In this document: piece after piece, positions 1-9,691 of the stretch
Layout of the letters: every line of letters begins with the position of its first letter
Numbering within the stretch: the stretch's first letter is position 1
Source: an uncultured virus (IMG/VR IMGVR_UViG_3300032180_000385)
Taxonomy: Duplodnaviria; Heunggongvirae; Uroviricota; Caudoviricetes
Direction: 5' to 3' (one strand)
Length of the DNA: 64,000 nucleotides
IMG/VR virus record: IMGVR_UViG_3300032180_000385
Location: 62,001-126,000 of that record
The notes under the pieces: generated by a model
Databases searched by the model: none
What the model saw: only the letters and a program-made list of their open reading frames with translations
Told to the model about the DNA's origin: nothing
Position numbers and translations under genes: made by a program

Positions 1-9
1 GATGGGTAC

Positions 10-381
10 TTGCGTGTCAACCTCAGTCGTTATGGTGCTACTCGAAGTGTTACCATCCACACTCTCGTGCTGACAGCATTCGACCGTCCCCCTGCAAGCG
101 GGGAGCAAGGCAGGCACGGACTCGGCGGGAAAACTGACAACCATCTAGAGAACCTGGAATGGGGAACGCCACAGGAAAACAGTGACGATAAATACAGAGA
201 CGGCACGATGGCCTGTGGCGAGAAGCAGGGAAATTCAAAACTTACCGCTACTGATATAAAATCAATCAGAACTCGTCGTGCTGCCGGGGAGGAAGCAAGT
301 TCACTAGCTCTTAACTTTAAAATAAGTGAGACACATGTAAACCGAATCGTAAAGCGTGAATCGTGGCGTCACATACCGTAG
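10..381 (+). CDS. HNH endonuclease with C-terminal HTH-like segment (probably 5'-truncated by the window edge)
   Basis: H-x-GGKTDNHLENLEWGTPQEN HNH motif; KLT...IR...LA..F.IS helix-turn-helix-like tail. Confidence 0.8.
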   Translation: MRVNLSRYGATRSVTIHTLVLTAFDRPPASGEQGRHGLGGKTDNHLENLEWGTPQENSDDKYRDGTMACGEKQGNSKLTATDIKSIRTRRAAGEEASSLALNFKISETHVNRIVKRESWRHIP

Positions 382-391
382 CTCAGTACAT

Positions 392-814
392 TTAAATCAC
401 GCCGCACTGCACACCAATCCTGGCTCCAAAGAAAGTCACTCCATTAAAAAGCAATCGCCCGTAGCTCTCAATTGCGATAGGCTCAGCGAAATGACAGGCT
501 CCGCCCAAGGTTGGATCAACCATAATGGCTTCTGGAATACTACTCGATGTTATATTTTCTCCTATACCGAGAAAACTATCCAGGGCGCGTTGGACAGCCT
601 CGCTAGGCGCTGCATCACTGATCGCAATAAGCACCCTTAGATTACAGGTGAACGCCCCGTCCATCGTAGCACCATAGGTAACGTATGGTTGGCCTGGCAA
701 AATCACCGCGACAGGAGGCTGGATCGAGTCTTTCGCCTCGGCCATAACCCGCAGACCCGTCTTCGCGGCGATCTGATTCGCCAGGGCTGCCCGAACCGCA
801 CCAAGATCAGCCAC
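392..814 (-). CDS. tail terminator / tail completion-like protein
   Basis: GTG start overlaps the upstream TAG; ADLGAVRAALA...PPVAVILPG...DPTLGG pattern typical of actinophage tail terminators; lies downstream of the head-tail adaptor. Confidence 0.6.
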   Translation of the reverse strand: MADLGAVRAALANQIAAKTGLRVMAEAKDSIQPPVAVILPGQPYVTYGATMDGAFTCNLRVLIAISDAAPSEAVQRALDSFLGIGENITSSSIPEAIMVDPTLGGACHFAEPIAIESYGRLLFNGVTFFGARIGVQCGVI

Positions 815-1272
815 TAGTTCTCTCCTCCGCTTGCTTGCTCTCCCGAATGGTGCCGCAGGCGCTCCTCGACGTGCGCGAGATGCCGGGCATGAACGTCCGC
901 AACAAACGCGGCCGTTATCGATCGGGTACCGGGGTGATCTGGATGATGACGGCGGCACAGGTTATAGGTCATTCCGGTAATGGGATCAGTCAGGGCATGA
1001 TGTCCTAGCCGCCAGCACCAGCGCTGATGACAATTGTGTTTCTTATAGATGGCAATTAGACCACCGATAATTGTCACTTCCGCCAGATCGCTGCCGAAAC
1101 CCGAGAAAAACCCATAGTAGGGACCTGGCTCGTTAATGGTACCGGTATGAAACTGAAGCCAGTAGCCCAGGCCGAAATGAGTCACGTTCCACTGCCAGAT
1201 TCCGTACGCTAGTACGCCTAGCAAGGCAACCGGAACAAGATACCAGAAAGTTTTCACACAAGTATGTCCCAT
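814..1272 (-). CDS. membrane protein with C-terminal Cys/His cluster
   Basis: Two hydrophobic segments; HNCHQRWCWRLGHH...LCRRHHP. Confidence 0.55.
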   Translation of the reverse strand: MGHTCVKTFWYLVPVALLGVLAYGIWQWNVTHFGLGYWLQFHTGTINEPGPYYGFFSGFGSDLAEVTIIGGLIAIYKKHNCHQRWCWRLGHHALTDPITGMTYNLCRRHHPDHPGTRSITAAFVADVHARHLAHVEERLRHHSGEQASGGEN

Positions 1273-1877
1273 TCCAGCGCCCAGGCTTCTTCCCGCTGGC
1301 CTGTGAACGGCATTAGCCTGCCCCAGGACACCATCCCCGCCGGATGTGTCAGGACCGCATGCCCGTCGTGCGGCAGGGAAATACCCATAACCAGGCCGGG
1401 TACCGGAGCATCCTCCGCAACCCGGAAGAAATCTCGCAGTCGCACCCGGCAGCCGCCACTCCTTGCCGCTTCCAGCGCGGCCTCGATCGACGTACCGCTG
1501 TCTACGGTCCCGCCGGCTAGGCGGTGCAAGGCCAGGATCTCATCGTCGGCTAGGACAATGCCGGTCACGGTCGCGAGATGGTAGGCGATCGCCAGGGCAG
1601 AGCAGGTTGGATAGACGTCGTTGAAGCCAGGCACTTTCGACATCACATCGGATGCCATGGCAGCTCGCTTAGCCGCCGTGTTCGCGGTAACCAGCGGGGA
1701 GACACTCGCCTTGTACAACGCCGCCTGGTGCTTCTGCTGCGCGGTCTGCTTCGCCTGTAGTGCGGCAAACTGCTTCTGTCCCGTCGGCAGCAGCGTGCGG
1801 GTTACCCACGACCGGGATCTCCGCGGGGTGTAGACCCGCTGCCACGGCCCGCCGCCCCACCCTTTTCCCCGGGCCAT
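1254..1877 (-). CDS. putative papain-fold cysteine peptidase-like protein
   Basis: NDVYPTCSALAIAYHL (candidate catalytic Cys), GHAV (His), downstream SWG. Confidence 0.45.
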   Translation of the reverse strand: MARGKGWGGGPWQRVYTPRRSRSWVTRTLLPTGQKQFAALQAKQTAQQKHQAALYKASVSPLVTANTAAKRAAMASDVMSKVPGFNDVYPTCSALAIAYHLATVTGIVLADDEILALHRLAGGTVDSGTSIEAALEAARSGGCRVRLRDFFRVAEDAPVPGLVMGISLPHDGHAVLTHPAGMVSWGRLMPFTGQREEAWALEWDILV

Positions 1878-2028
1878 AACCGGCCCTTACCGCTGGTGCG
1901 AGGACCCGCTACCCGGAGCATGACCACTGTGCCCGACGGAGTGAGGATCTGCGGGACAATACCCCAGCAGTTGGTCGTCGTCAGCACAGGTCTCGTCCTG
2001 TCCACACCAGAGCCTCCTGTTCGAAGTC

Positions 2029-2058
2029 CCGGCTCCGGCTGTGACAAGCTGGCCGCAG
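2029..2058 (-). promoter_or_regulatory. late-leader hairpin motif, copy a
   Basis: CTGCGGCC-N14-GGAGCCGG followed by AGGAGG. Confidence 0.6.
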
Positions 2059-2067
2059 GCTACAGTA

Positions 2068-2880
2068 TCAGTGTAGACGTTCGAGCAGCTCGTCGCGGTA
2101 GTTCGTCACCACAAAGTCAAGCAGAGCCCCTCGGTAGTTCGCCACCACAAAGCTCAGCAGATCATCGACGCGCTGCCCCTTCCAGGACACCCATAGTTCT
2201 AGATTGTCAGGCCGATTATCAGTCTTGATGCCATTCTTGTGATGAACCTCCTCTTCTCGAAGTAGCGGACGCCCTAGCTGTTCCTCCATGACTAGACGGT
2301 GTTCGAATCGATCCCTGCCATTAACCTTAATTTTTCGATAACCATTTTCTGTAACCCAGCCGCGATCATCGTGATAGTAGGCCGGGCCATCCATCGGGCT
2401 GCCTGCCTTGCGTCGTCGCTCATGCCGAGGGCAGAGACCGCTTGCCGAACTTATCTTGGGCTGGTCGCATCCTTCCCAGACGCACTCCGGAACGGGTTCG
2501 TCTTTCCGGCGATGCGGTCGGATTGGCGCGTTCATATCTGAATGCAGAATGTACTTTCGATGATAATGCACCGAGCAGTATCCACGTGAGCTATGCGGAC
2601 GATCACAGCCAGGGTGACTACACAGCTTCTTTTCAGCAAACGGTACGTCCATGTTCCGGCCATTACGAACCCGCTGATAGTGTGCCGAACAGTATCCGCC
2701 CGCATGATGTGGCCGATCACAACCAGGATGATTGCAGTTTCGTTGACTGCCCCTGAACGGTATGTTCATGTCCCGACCCGTGAGCTGACGCTGGTAGTGC
2801 GCGTTGCACAGACCTGTTTTCTTATAAGAACGAGGCCGGTCGCAGCCAGGCCACGTGCAGGTAGACTGATCTTGTGTCAT
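2068..2880 (-). CDS. HNH homing endonuclease with tandem Cys/His zinc-finger repeats
   Basis: Repeats of CxxPGCDRP...GxCxxHY; EHRLVME...VHHKNGIKTDNRPDNLELW; TGT-TAAAAT 6 nt before the ATG (leaderless-type promoter). Confidence 0.9.
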   Translation of the reverse strand: MTQDQSTCTWPGCDRPRSYKKTGLCNAHYQRQLTGRDMNIPFRGSQRNCNHPGCDRPHHAGGYCSAHYQRVRNGRNMDVPFAEKKLCSHPGCDRPHSSRGYCSVHYHRKYILHSDMNAPIRPHRRKDEPVPECVWEGCDQPKISSASGLCPRHERRRKAGSPMDGPAYYHDDRGWVTENGYRKIKVNGRDRFEHRLVMEEQLGRPLLREEEVHHKNGIKTDNRPDNLELWVSWKGQRVDDLLSFVVANYRGALLDFVVTNYRDELLERLH

Positions 2881-2929
2881 ACCCTTATTTTAACACACCG
2901 ACCAGAATTTCAAAAACCAACAAATTCGA

Positions 2930-3871
2930 TCACACGCCGACTTTCAGGCGCTGATCGGTATACGGGCGAAGCATTTCGATGATCCACGGATTGGCCTGAA
3001 TTCTCACGACACCAAGGTCTCCTGCCCCAGCAATGCCAAAAGGCGCATCCTTGCGCTTAAACCATTCGGTGGCCAGCTCCAGGCAGGCCTGCGATACTGT
3101 CGGCGGAACAGATGGCCATCCCCAGGTGCCGGTAATCTGCACTCGGTCCATGTGCGCGAACGGGTAAATATACGGGAACCACTTACCGTTCTGCAGTACC
3201 TGTACCTTCTTGAACGGGCGCTGGACTCCGAGAGCGTTCAGGTTGTAGCGATCTTTGCCAAACTTGAGCTGGTAGTCCACGTTCTGCGTCCACGCCTCAG
3301 CGAACACGCCATTCCCGGTCTGATCGACGTTAAGAGAGGTGATGCTGACCAGAGGGTCAATCGTCAGTTCCCGGATGTCGTAGGGTACGAACGTCCGCGT
3401 CTCGGTAATCCGGTAAAAATGGGTGGCGCAATGCTCATTGATCCACGTACTCGCCGCCTGGATGGCCTGCTGCATGGCGAAATCGTCGGAACCGTCTTCA
3501 ACGCTGATCCGGTCTCGCAGCTCCTCCAGTCCGCAGTACCAGTTGCCGAGTTGGGGCGGGAACACGCGCCAGGTGCCTGGTTGAACGTCGGAAACAGCTC
3601 CGGTACCGATCCAGATGTAGCTCCACAGCCCGTCGATTCCGGTGATGGCCGGGGAACAGGGCACGATAAGCTCATAATGCCCAACCAGTGGCTTGGTGAT
3701 GTCTGCGGGAGAGGCACCGTTGTACGTATGAACAACCTGATTTCCTGATGGATCAGTGACAACACAGGAAACAGTTGTCGGATCGGTGTCGACGAGTGGG
3801 TCGCCCGCCTGAAACTCGTTGCTGAGCAGGGCTATCTCGTTCTGGTTGTCATAGTAGATAGTGCTGGTCAT
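2930..3871 (-). CDS. head-to-tail adaptor with extra N-terminal beta-rich domain
   Basis: C-terminal half YCGLEELR...AASTWINEHC...VQITGTWGWPSVPPTVSQACLELA...KDAPFGIAG matches actinophage head-to-tail adaptors. Confidence 0.75.
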   Translation of the reverse strand: MTSTIYYDNQNEIALLSNEFQAGDPLVDTDPTTVSCVVTDPSGNQVVHTYNGASPADITKPLVGHYELIVPCSPAITGIDGLWSYIWIGTGAVSDVQPGTWRVFPPQLGNWYCGLEELRDRISVEDGSDDFAMQQAIQAASTWINEHCATHFYRITETRTFVPYDIRELTIDPLVSITSLNVDQTGNGVFAEAWTQNVDYQLKFGKDRYNLNALGVQRPFKKVQVLQNGKWFPYIYPFAHMDRVQITGTWGWPSVPPTVSQACLELATEWFKRKDAPFGIAGAGDLGVVRIQANPWIIEMLRPYTDQRLKVGV

Positions 3872-3893
3872 CAGGGCCTCCTGCGCGAGAACC

Positions 3894-3914
3894 CTGGCTC
3901 CATGACGGCCGCAG
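3894..3914 (-). promoter_or_regulatory. late-leader hairpin motif, copy b
   Basis: TATCAT-N14-CTGCGGCC-GTCAT-GGAGCCAG, then AGGAGG and the adaptor ATG. Confidence 0.65.
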
Positions 3915-3926
3915 CGGTACGTACCC

Positions 3927-6377
3927 TCATGATACTCCGCTTAGGCTTCGTGCCGGGGAGGTGACAGTACTCGCGCCTGGCGCACCACCCGACACCGCCC
4001 CGTTCCGGCTCGACGCGGACTGGTTAACCGCACTCTGCGCAGGTACCAGAGCCAGTATGCTGTCCTGGCTTACCATCGGCTGTCCGATCGACGTCGCCGT
4101 GCTGTGCCCCTTAATGGTGCTGATCTCTAGGGTTCCCGGACGCAGTACGACAGACAGTGCCTCGGCAGCCTGCGCATGTGCCGCCAGCAGTAGCGAAGCA
4201 GCGGTTATCCCTGTTCCTGTCGCTACGCCGGCAGTTAGGGCAACCTCGGTTGAAGGTGACAGCACCGATCCGGTCCCGCTGGCAAGAGAAGGAGTCACCG
4301 CAGGAGCCGCAGGCAAGACGGTTCCGGTTCCAGTTGCAAGACCAGCAACGGTAACGAAGTCGGCCGAAGCGTCCGGAGCAGTACTCACCCCGTTGGCCAC
4401 TCCGGCAGTGATAGCTGTCGCGATCCCCGCATCCAGAGCGAGTCCAGACCCGAGAGCCCCCGGATCACCGCAGAATCCCGCTTCAGATGCCAATGCAACC
4501 CCGATGCCGACAGCGAGTACGGCGTCAGTAGCGATCGCGGCAGCTACAGGCAATACGGTTCCGGTTCCTACAGCGACCCCGAGCGTGGTCTGACTATCAA
4601 TCGCAGAAGCCGGGGTGGCACCTGTCCCGCTGGCAAGTCCCGCACCCGCCTGATTATCAGCATCCGACGCTAGGCTAGTTCCGCTTCCGGTTGCGGTATC
4701 AGCTACAAGCGCGAAAGAAACAACAGAAGCCTGACCCGTACCGGTAACAAGTCCAGCGGCAGTAAGCGCAGCAGTTACAGACGATACAGTCCCGATTCCG
4801 GTAGCGGTCCCCGCTGTAATCGCAATCACGGCTGGAGTCGTAACAATACTTGTTCCTGGCGCAAAACCAGCATTCCCAACGTTATCGGCATCAGGTGCCT
4901 GGCTCGCACCCGTTCCAGTCGCGAATCCAGGGGCTAGGCCAATTCCGGTAATACCAAGGCCGTAGAAACCTTCGCCGTAAGAACCTCCACCGTAAATGAT
5001 CTCCGTCAGGGCGCTCGCAAGATCGGCAAAACCTTGACTGCCCGCACTAGCTGACGGGACACCCCCGGTTCCGCTGGCAGATCCCGCTGCAAGGCCGATT
5101 CCTGGTGCTTGCACAGTGACGAGGCCGTCAGCAAGCCCCGTGCCTGCAGCTACCGCGGATCCGGATGGCTGCGCAATGGCGAGACCGGTCGCAGATCCTG
5201 CCGCTAGGCTGATTCCCGGTGCTAGTGCTAGGCCCGTGCCCGATGCGAGTCCTACGAAGCCCTGATTATCGGCATCCGGTGCCTGCGCAGCTCCGGTTCC
5301 AATGGCAAGCCCCGCAGCTACGAATACCGGAATCTGAGCTGTTGGTGCCTGTGCCGTACCGGTGGCGGATGCGAAGCCGGGGGTCAGTTCTGCTCCAGGG
5401 GCTCCTGCCGTGCCCGTGCCTGAAACGAGTCCTGCGCCCCCCTGGTTGTCGGCATCAGAGGTCTGCGCTATTCCGGTTCCGGTGGCGAGACCTGGTGTCA
5501 GTCCGACCGCAAGCCCGTCAACAACGGGAGCCCCCGTACCGATCCAGGTTTGATCTGAAGCAGCAAGGTTATCCATCCAAAACGTGTTCGTGCTGTTCGA
5601 TACGCTGGAGCCGATAAGGGCGAAGTTAAGTGCGGAAACGTTGTTGTTAGCTGCGTTGTTGACTGAATCCTGCAGAGTACCAGAAGCGTCGTAAAGTCGA
5701 GCGAAAGTCTGCGCATTTCCTGCCCCGGAAACAAACATGCCTTCAATTCGGTACCAGGTGTTCAGTGACATGGCGGTACCGGTACCGTTAACATTGCCGC
5801 CAGGTCCTATGGCAGAAATATGCCCGGTGCCTGTGATACCCAGCCCTAGTGCACCGGCTCCTGCACGGAATACGTACCCGATTGAATAGTTTGTCAGGTA
5901 GATATAAGCCCGCAGATAGAGGATAGCCGAGTTATACGGAAGCGGGTTCCAGCCGGTATAGCTGAGGCTCGCGGACGTGACAAACTTATAAGCCAGGGAG
6001 CCAGCGAAAACCTGAGAGTTGTCAAAGGTAATTGTTCCCACGCCACCTTGGGTAAGCGCATCACCTGACACTCCGCCGGAGTTCCCCGCTGTTACGGCCG
6101 TAGTGTTCGAGCCGCCTTCAGCTGTGTTTTTCAGCGCTAGAAAGCGAGCGCAGGCTACTCCGGTGCCTGTGGCGAGTCCGGCAGCCAGTCCTATTCCGGA
6201 AGACTGTACAGCACCGGTTCCGTGGGCGAGTCCTGCAGTGACGAATAGAGATGCCTCGCTATACAAAACAGGTGAGGCAACCGTCGTGCAGGCCGGCCAT
6301 GGGAACTGCGGGACGACAATCTTACTAGTGCCGGGAACAAGTGCGACACCGCCGTCGAGCTGGATGACTACTGCCAT
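3927..6377 (-). CDS. Gly/Ala/Thr-rich virion fibre/decoration protein with a lectin-like beta-sandwich domain
   Basis: Many GLATGTG and APDADNQ repeats; ~200-aa globular domain shared with 9676..13098. Confidence 0.6.
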   Translation of the reverse strand: MAVVIQLDGGVALVPGTSKIVVPQFPWPACTTVASPVLYSEASLFVTAGLAHGTGAVQSSGIGLAAGLATGTGVACARFLALKNTAEGGSNTTAVTAGNSGGVSGDALTQGGVGTITFDNSQVFAGSLAYKFVTSASLSYTGWNPLPYNSAILYLRAYIYLTNYSIGYVFRAGAGALGLGITGTGHISAIGPGGNVNGTGTAMSLNTWYRIEGMFVSGAGNAQTFARLYDASGTLQDSVNNAANNNVSALNFALIGSSVSNSTNTFWMDNLAASDQTWIGTGAPVVDGLAVGLTPGLATGTGIAQTSDADNQGGAGLVSGTGTAGAPGAELTPGFASATGTAQAPTAQIPVFVAAGLAIGTGAAQAPDADNQGFVGLASGTGLALAPGISLAAGSATGLAIAQPSGSAVAAGTGLADGLVTVQAPGIGLAAGSASGTGGVPSASAGSQGFADLASALTEIIYGGGSYGEGFYGLGITGIGLAPGFATGTGASQAPDADNVGNAGFAPGTSIVTTPAVIAITAGTATGIGTVSSVTAALTAAGLVTGTGQASVVSFALVADTATGSGTSLASDADNQAGAGLASGTGATPASAIDSQTTLGVAVGTGTVLPVAAAIATDAVLAVGIGVALASEAGFCGDPGALGSGLALDAGIATAITAGVANGVSTAPDASADFVTVAGLATGTGTVLPAAPAVTPSLASGTGSVLSPSTEVALTAGVATGTGITAASLLLAAHAQAAEALSVVLRPGTLEISTIKGHSTATSIGQPMVSQDSILALVPAQSAVNQSASSRNGAVSGGAPGASTVTSPARSLSGVS

Positions 6378-6417
6378 AACACTACCAGCATGTGATCACG
6401 CACTTATAATCACAACC

Positions 6418-6885
6418 CTACTTTCTAGGTGTACCGTTATAAACTCTCCCCTTATGCAAACCACATGTGCAGCCTGGAAGACAAGGTTGCTTCCTTGGAG
6501 CATTATGCTTTCCACAATCACAGCCAGGAAGACAAGGAGGGGACCCAGGAAGACCATGTTTTGCGCATTCGCAGCCCGGAAAACATGGTGGAGATGGTCT
6601 AAGATTTCCAACTGTTCCATCATAAACTCCGTGACAGCTATAGCACAACGGCCTGTAGTGCCAAACATCTGAACCATCTAGTCCGTGAATTTGAGACCAT
6701 TGCTTAGCAAAGTCGTTACAAAACGTGCATCCATAACCAGTAGCTTTGCCTCTTACTTTCTTAACAAGAGAATGGAGGTTAAAGTAGTCTAGTTCACCAT
6801 CGTATGCCCTACCTTTGTGTCTACCGCACTCGCACCCTGGAAGGCATTTTTTACCGGGGTGATTACTTCGATTTCCTTTAGTCAT
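6418..6885 (-). CDS. HNH-like Cys-rich protein with its own leaderless-type promoter
   Basis: TTGAAT-N17-TATAAT-ACTACT-ATG (6920-6883); LH..V...RGKA..Y.C..C...YRPLCYSCH; CLPGCxCGxH repeats. Confidence 0.65.
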   Translation of the reverse strand: MTKGNRSNHPGKKCLPGCECGRHKGRAYDGELDYFNLHSLVKKVRGKATGYGCTFCNDFAKQWSQIHGLDGSDVWHYRPLCYSCHGVYDGTVGNLRPSPPCFPGCECAKHGLPGSPPCLPGCDCGKHNAPRKQPCLPGCTCGLHKGRVYNGTPRK

Positions 6886-6932
6886 AGTAGTATTATACAA
6901 CATTCCTTGAATAAATTCAACCATTGAAATTC

Positions 6933-7893
6933 CTAACCAGCATGTTATACAGACGAGTCCATTACCACCGTTCCCGCCTGCACCGCCTGTAACTCCACCG
7001 CCTCCGCCTCCGCCGCCACAGCCGATAGCACCATCGCCACCACGGCCACCGATACCAGCGCTAGCCGATCCGCCACCCGTTCCCCCGAAGAATACCCAGG
7101 TTAGATTGGTATAACTAGCTCCGGACACTCCGGCACCTCCCCCGCCTGCGACCCCGGTACCCCCAGGAAAATTAGCCGGAAAAAAATTAGGCCCTACACC
7201 TGAATATGTATTCGAATACGGTGTTATACTACCGCCATTTGTATCGCCATTTGCAGCTGATGCGCCCCCTCCGCCGCTGCCTCCGGTTGTCATTATTCCG
7301 CCTGCAGCAAGAGTCACACCTGTAGCATTTCCTGTTCCATTCCCGCCAGCGGAGGCGGAGGCGATAATGGAACTAGCTGATACCATCCCGACCATACCAT
7401 AACCAGCATAAGACTGACTTCCATTTTCACTAGCCCCAGCTGCACCGCCCACACTAGCTGTCCCGGCTGATCCGAAAGCTGCCGACTGGTTTGAATTAGT
7501 TACAGCAAGAGCAGGGGCCTGACCGCCTATATTACTGCCGCGCATGATGTCACCAAATAGTCCTACGGCAGTAACATCGCCCGAAGAGCCGTTTGAACCA
7601 GCCGCACCGCCCGCACCGCCAGTCCCTGCATAAACATATAGAGAGGCAGGCAAGAGAAATGCCGGGACCAGGTACCGTACAGATGCCCCGGCGCCGCCAC
7701 CGCCTCCGCCGCCACGTAGTGTAGAAGTGGCTCCAGAATAGCCTCCTCCGCCACCAGCCCCGGGTCCGATCAGCATCATCCAGACCATGGTAATCCCTTT
7801 TGGTTTTGTCCATATCTGACAGGAGTTTAGACCGATATTGTAAAACACCTGCTGCCGGTCACCTGTATCTGGCCAGCCAAAAAAATCAGGCAT
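6933..7893 (-). CDS. glycine-rich virion fibre protein (reads through in frame into the downstream HNH-like ORF)
   Basis: WTKPKG.TMVWM.LIG.GAGGGGG...GGNGGNGLVCITCW; same family as the C-terminal domain of 16891..19260. Confidence 0.65.
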
Positions 7894-7894
7894 G

Positions 7895-8335
7895 TCAGTA
7901 ATCACCGCCGACGACTGATACCCGCACTCCGGCTGCTACAGCAGTTCCTAGCGTACAGTTAATGACATATCCAGCGGGGATGGCAAAATTAAAGGCGATC
8001 TCGCTTGTCTGAAGAGCTGCTGCCGCATTCGCGGTAGATGCAGGAATAGTCAGCTCTGAGATCAAGACGTTGTTCGCTTGCGTCGCGTTAGTAGACCCAT
8101 TATTAAGAAAAACACGGAGAACAGTAGTAACATTCGTACCGACCGGACGGCAGACTAGCTTCTGAATGTACGAGCCATTCGCCCCGGCGGTGAAGACCGA
8201 AGTTACATAACCTGTACCATCCATCGCTGTGTTAGCAGACAGTATCGGTCCTGCGGTTGCCGCCGCATTGTCGTCGACTGAACCCCAGCTGATATGCGGC
8301 GTGAGGGTAAACAGGGGGGCGGTGTTAGCAGGCAT
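7895..8335 (-). CDS. virion structural protein (beta-sandwich)
   Basis: MPANTAPLF...VFTAGANGS...VLRVFLNNG...VVGGDY; located in the structural cluster. Confidence 0.55.
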   Translation of the reverse strand: MPANTAPLFTLTPHISWGSVDDNAAATAGPILSANTAMDGTGYVTSVFTAGANGSYIQKLVCRPVGTNVTTVLRVFLNNGSTNATQANNVLISELTIPASTANAAAALQTSEIAFNFAIPAGYVINCTLGTAVAAGVRVSVVGGDY

Positions 8336-8343
8336 CTCGGCTC

Positions 8344-8556
8344 CTACTCGTGATCCCGGTCGTCACCCTGGGCGGTAACGCCTGGCTGGCTGCTCGCTGG
8401 GTAGACGCGGGTTAGCTCGGAGCCGTCCGGGTAGACGCGAGCCGAGTCGGGGTTGCCGTCAGCGGCGAAGTACGAGCCGGTGACCGTCAGGTCGGTGAGG
8501 TTCAGGGCGGCAGCAACCGCAGACGCGAGTCCCGAGGGGAGACTGAGGTTTGCCAT
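8344..8556 (-). CDS. small protein with RVYP / PGVTAxGDDRDH C-terminal motif
   Basis: GGAG RBS before the ATG; C-terminus nearly identical to that of 30259..31176. Confidence 0.6.
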   Translation of the reverse strand: MANLSLPSGLASAVAAALNLTDLTVTGSYFAADGNPDSARVYPDGSELTRVYPASSQPGVTAQGDDRDHE

Positions 8557-8581
8557 GTCGTCTCCTGCAGGTCGAGGGAAC

Positions 8582-8608
8582 CTGGCTCCAGGATGGCGCT
8601 GGCCGCAG
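8582..8608 (-). promoter_or_regulatory. late-leader hairpin motif, copy c
   Basis: TACGAT-N16-CTGCGGCC-N11-GGAGCCAG. Confidence 0.65.
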
Positions 8609-8686
8609 ATGGCACTTCTCGTCCATCGTACCGTCAACCGGCCCGATCGTACCTCCGCGCTCCCGAAGACTTGCCGAGCTGCACCG

Positions 8687-9154
8687 CTATGCCGCCATCT
8701 GAATCGTAAGAATCCCGAGCACATTCCATGAAATGGCGAATGTTCCGGCTACCGTCGAATACCCGGTGCCGCCGAAATAAATGCCGCAGATTTTAGCCTT
8801 CGGACTAAGACCATTAGCATATATATAGCAGCCATAGGCAGGGGCGGTTGTAGTGGTGCTCCCGACGCTAACATTATTCATTGACCACATAAGTGTTTTA
8901 CTTGGTGATTGCGTCAGGGTCGGGGCATAGGAACCAGTGCTCAGGTTGATGCCGCCCGTCGGCCAATTCGAACCCGCAGTCACCTCATTCCCATTAGTCC
9001 AGGTAGACGGATCAGTAGCTGAAATATAGTCAGGTGTCTCCGAGTTTGTAGATAGCGACAAATTATTGTTTGTATCGAGAAGACTCATCGCGATGACTTG
9101 CTTAAGGGTATCTCTAAAAGTGGCGTAAAAGATACCACTCTCCGTCCAGGCCAT
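8687..9154 (-). CDS. virion structural protein; intein-free paralog of 14993..15943
   Basis: GNEVT..NW..GGI.L, YGC..Y, YFGG...AGTF.I.W shared with the extein of 14993..15943. Confidence 0.65.
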   Translation of the reverse strand: MAWTESGIFYATFRDTLKQVIAMSLLDTNNNLSLSTNSETPDYISATDPSTWTNGNEVTAGSNWPTGGINLSTGSYAPTLTQSPSKTLMWSMNNVSVGSTTTTAPAYGCYIYANGLSPKAKICGIYFGGTGYSTVAGTFAISWNVLGILTIQMAA

Positions 9155-9155
9155 A

Positions 9156-9410
9156 TCACCCTCCGTTACTCGGTAGCACGCCCGCTGCCACGCCCTGCGC
9201 GGCCCGGACCGGTGCCAGCTCGTCAGCGAGAGCCTGCGCAGCGGTGTGATCTCCGTCTGCCATCGCCTCCGCGTACAGAGCGACCAGCTCATTCAGCGGA
9301 CGGGATGCGCCCAGGTGCCCGACTGCGGCCTTGCGCAGCACGGCAGGGTCAGCGTCTGGCTGATGCTCGCGCAGCGCCTTATCAAAAATCGCCTGGCTCT
9401 GCCAGCTCAT
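9156..9410 (-). CDS. hypothetical protein
   Basis: Translationally coupled ORF within the operon. Confidence 0.5.
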   Translation of the reverse strand: MSWQSQAIFDKALREHQPDADPAVLRKAAVGHLGASRPLNELVALYAEAMADGDHTAAQALADELAPVRAAQGVAAGVLPSNGG

Positions 9411-9691
9411 ATCAGCCCCGTCTTCGTCTCGATAGTCTGGGGATGGATGTTCACATCTTGCCGACAGGAAACTCCTGAGCCGGGATTACTATGTTCGGTT
9501 ACCATGTTTCCAAGCGTGTCAGTAGTTTCCTTGAAAGGCAGGTGCGACTCGGGGTGCTCACGGCCTGATTTTTCTGTTACCCGTGTTCGTCCATGGGACA
9601 GATGACCGATTGACTTCATCCGGTCCAGCTGCTTACGCCACTCATCCGTCATCGCGATGTCCTCTCCAACTGCTCTCAGGGTACCGTCCAC
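9407..9691 (-). CDS. hypothetical protein (start may be the internal MTDEW)
   Basis: ORF in the operon; GGAGAGG upstream of the internal ATG. Confidence 0.5.
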   Translation of the reverse strand: MDGTLRAVGEDIAMTDEWRKQLDRMKSIGHLSHGRTRVTEKSGREHPESHLPFKETTDTLGNMVTEHSNPGSGVSCRQDVNIHPQTIETKTGLI

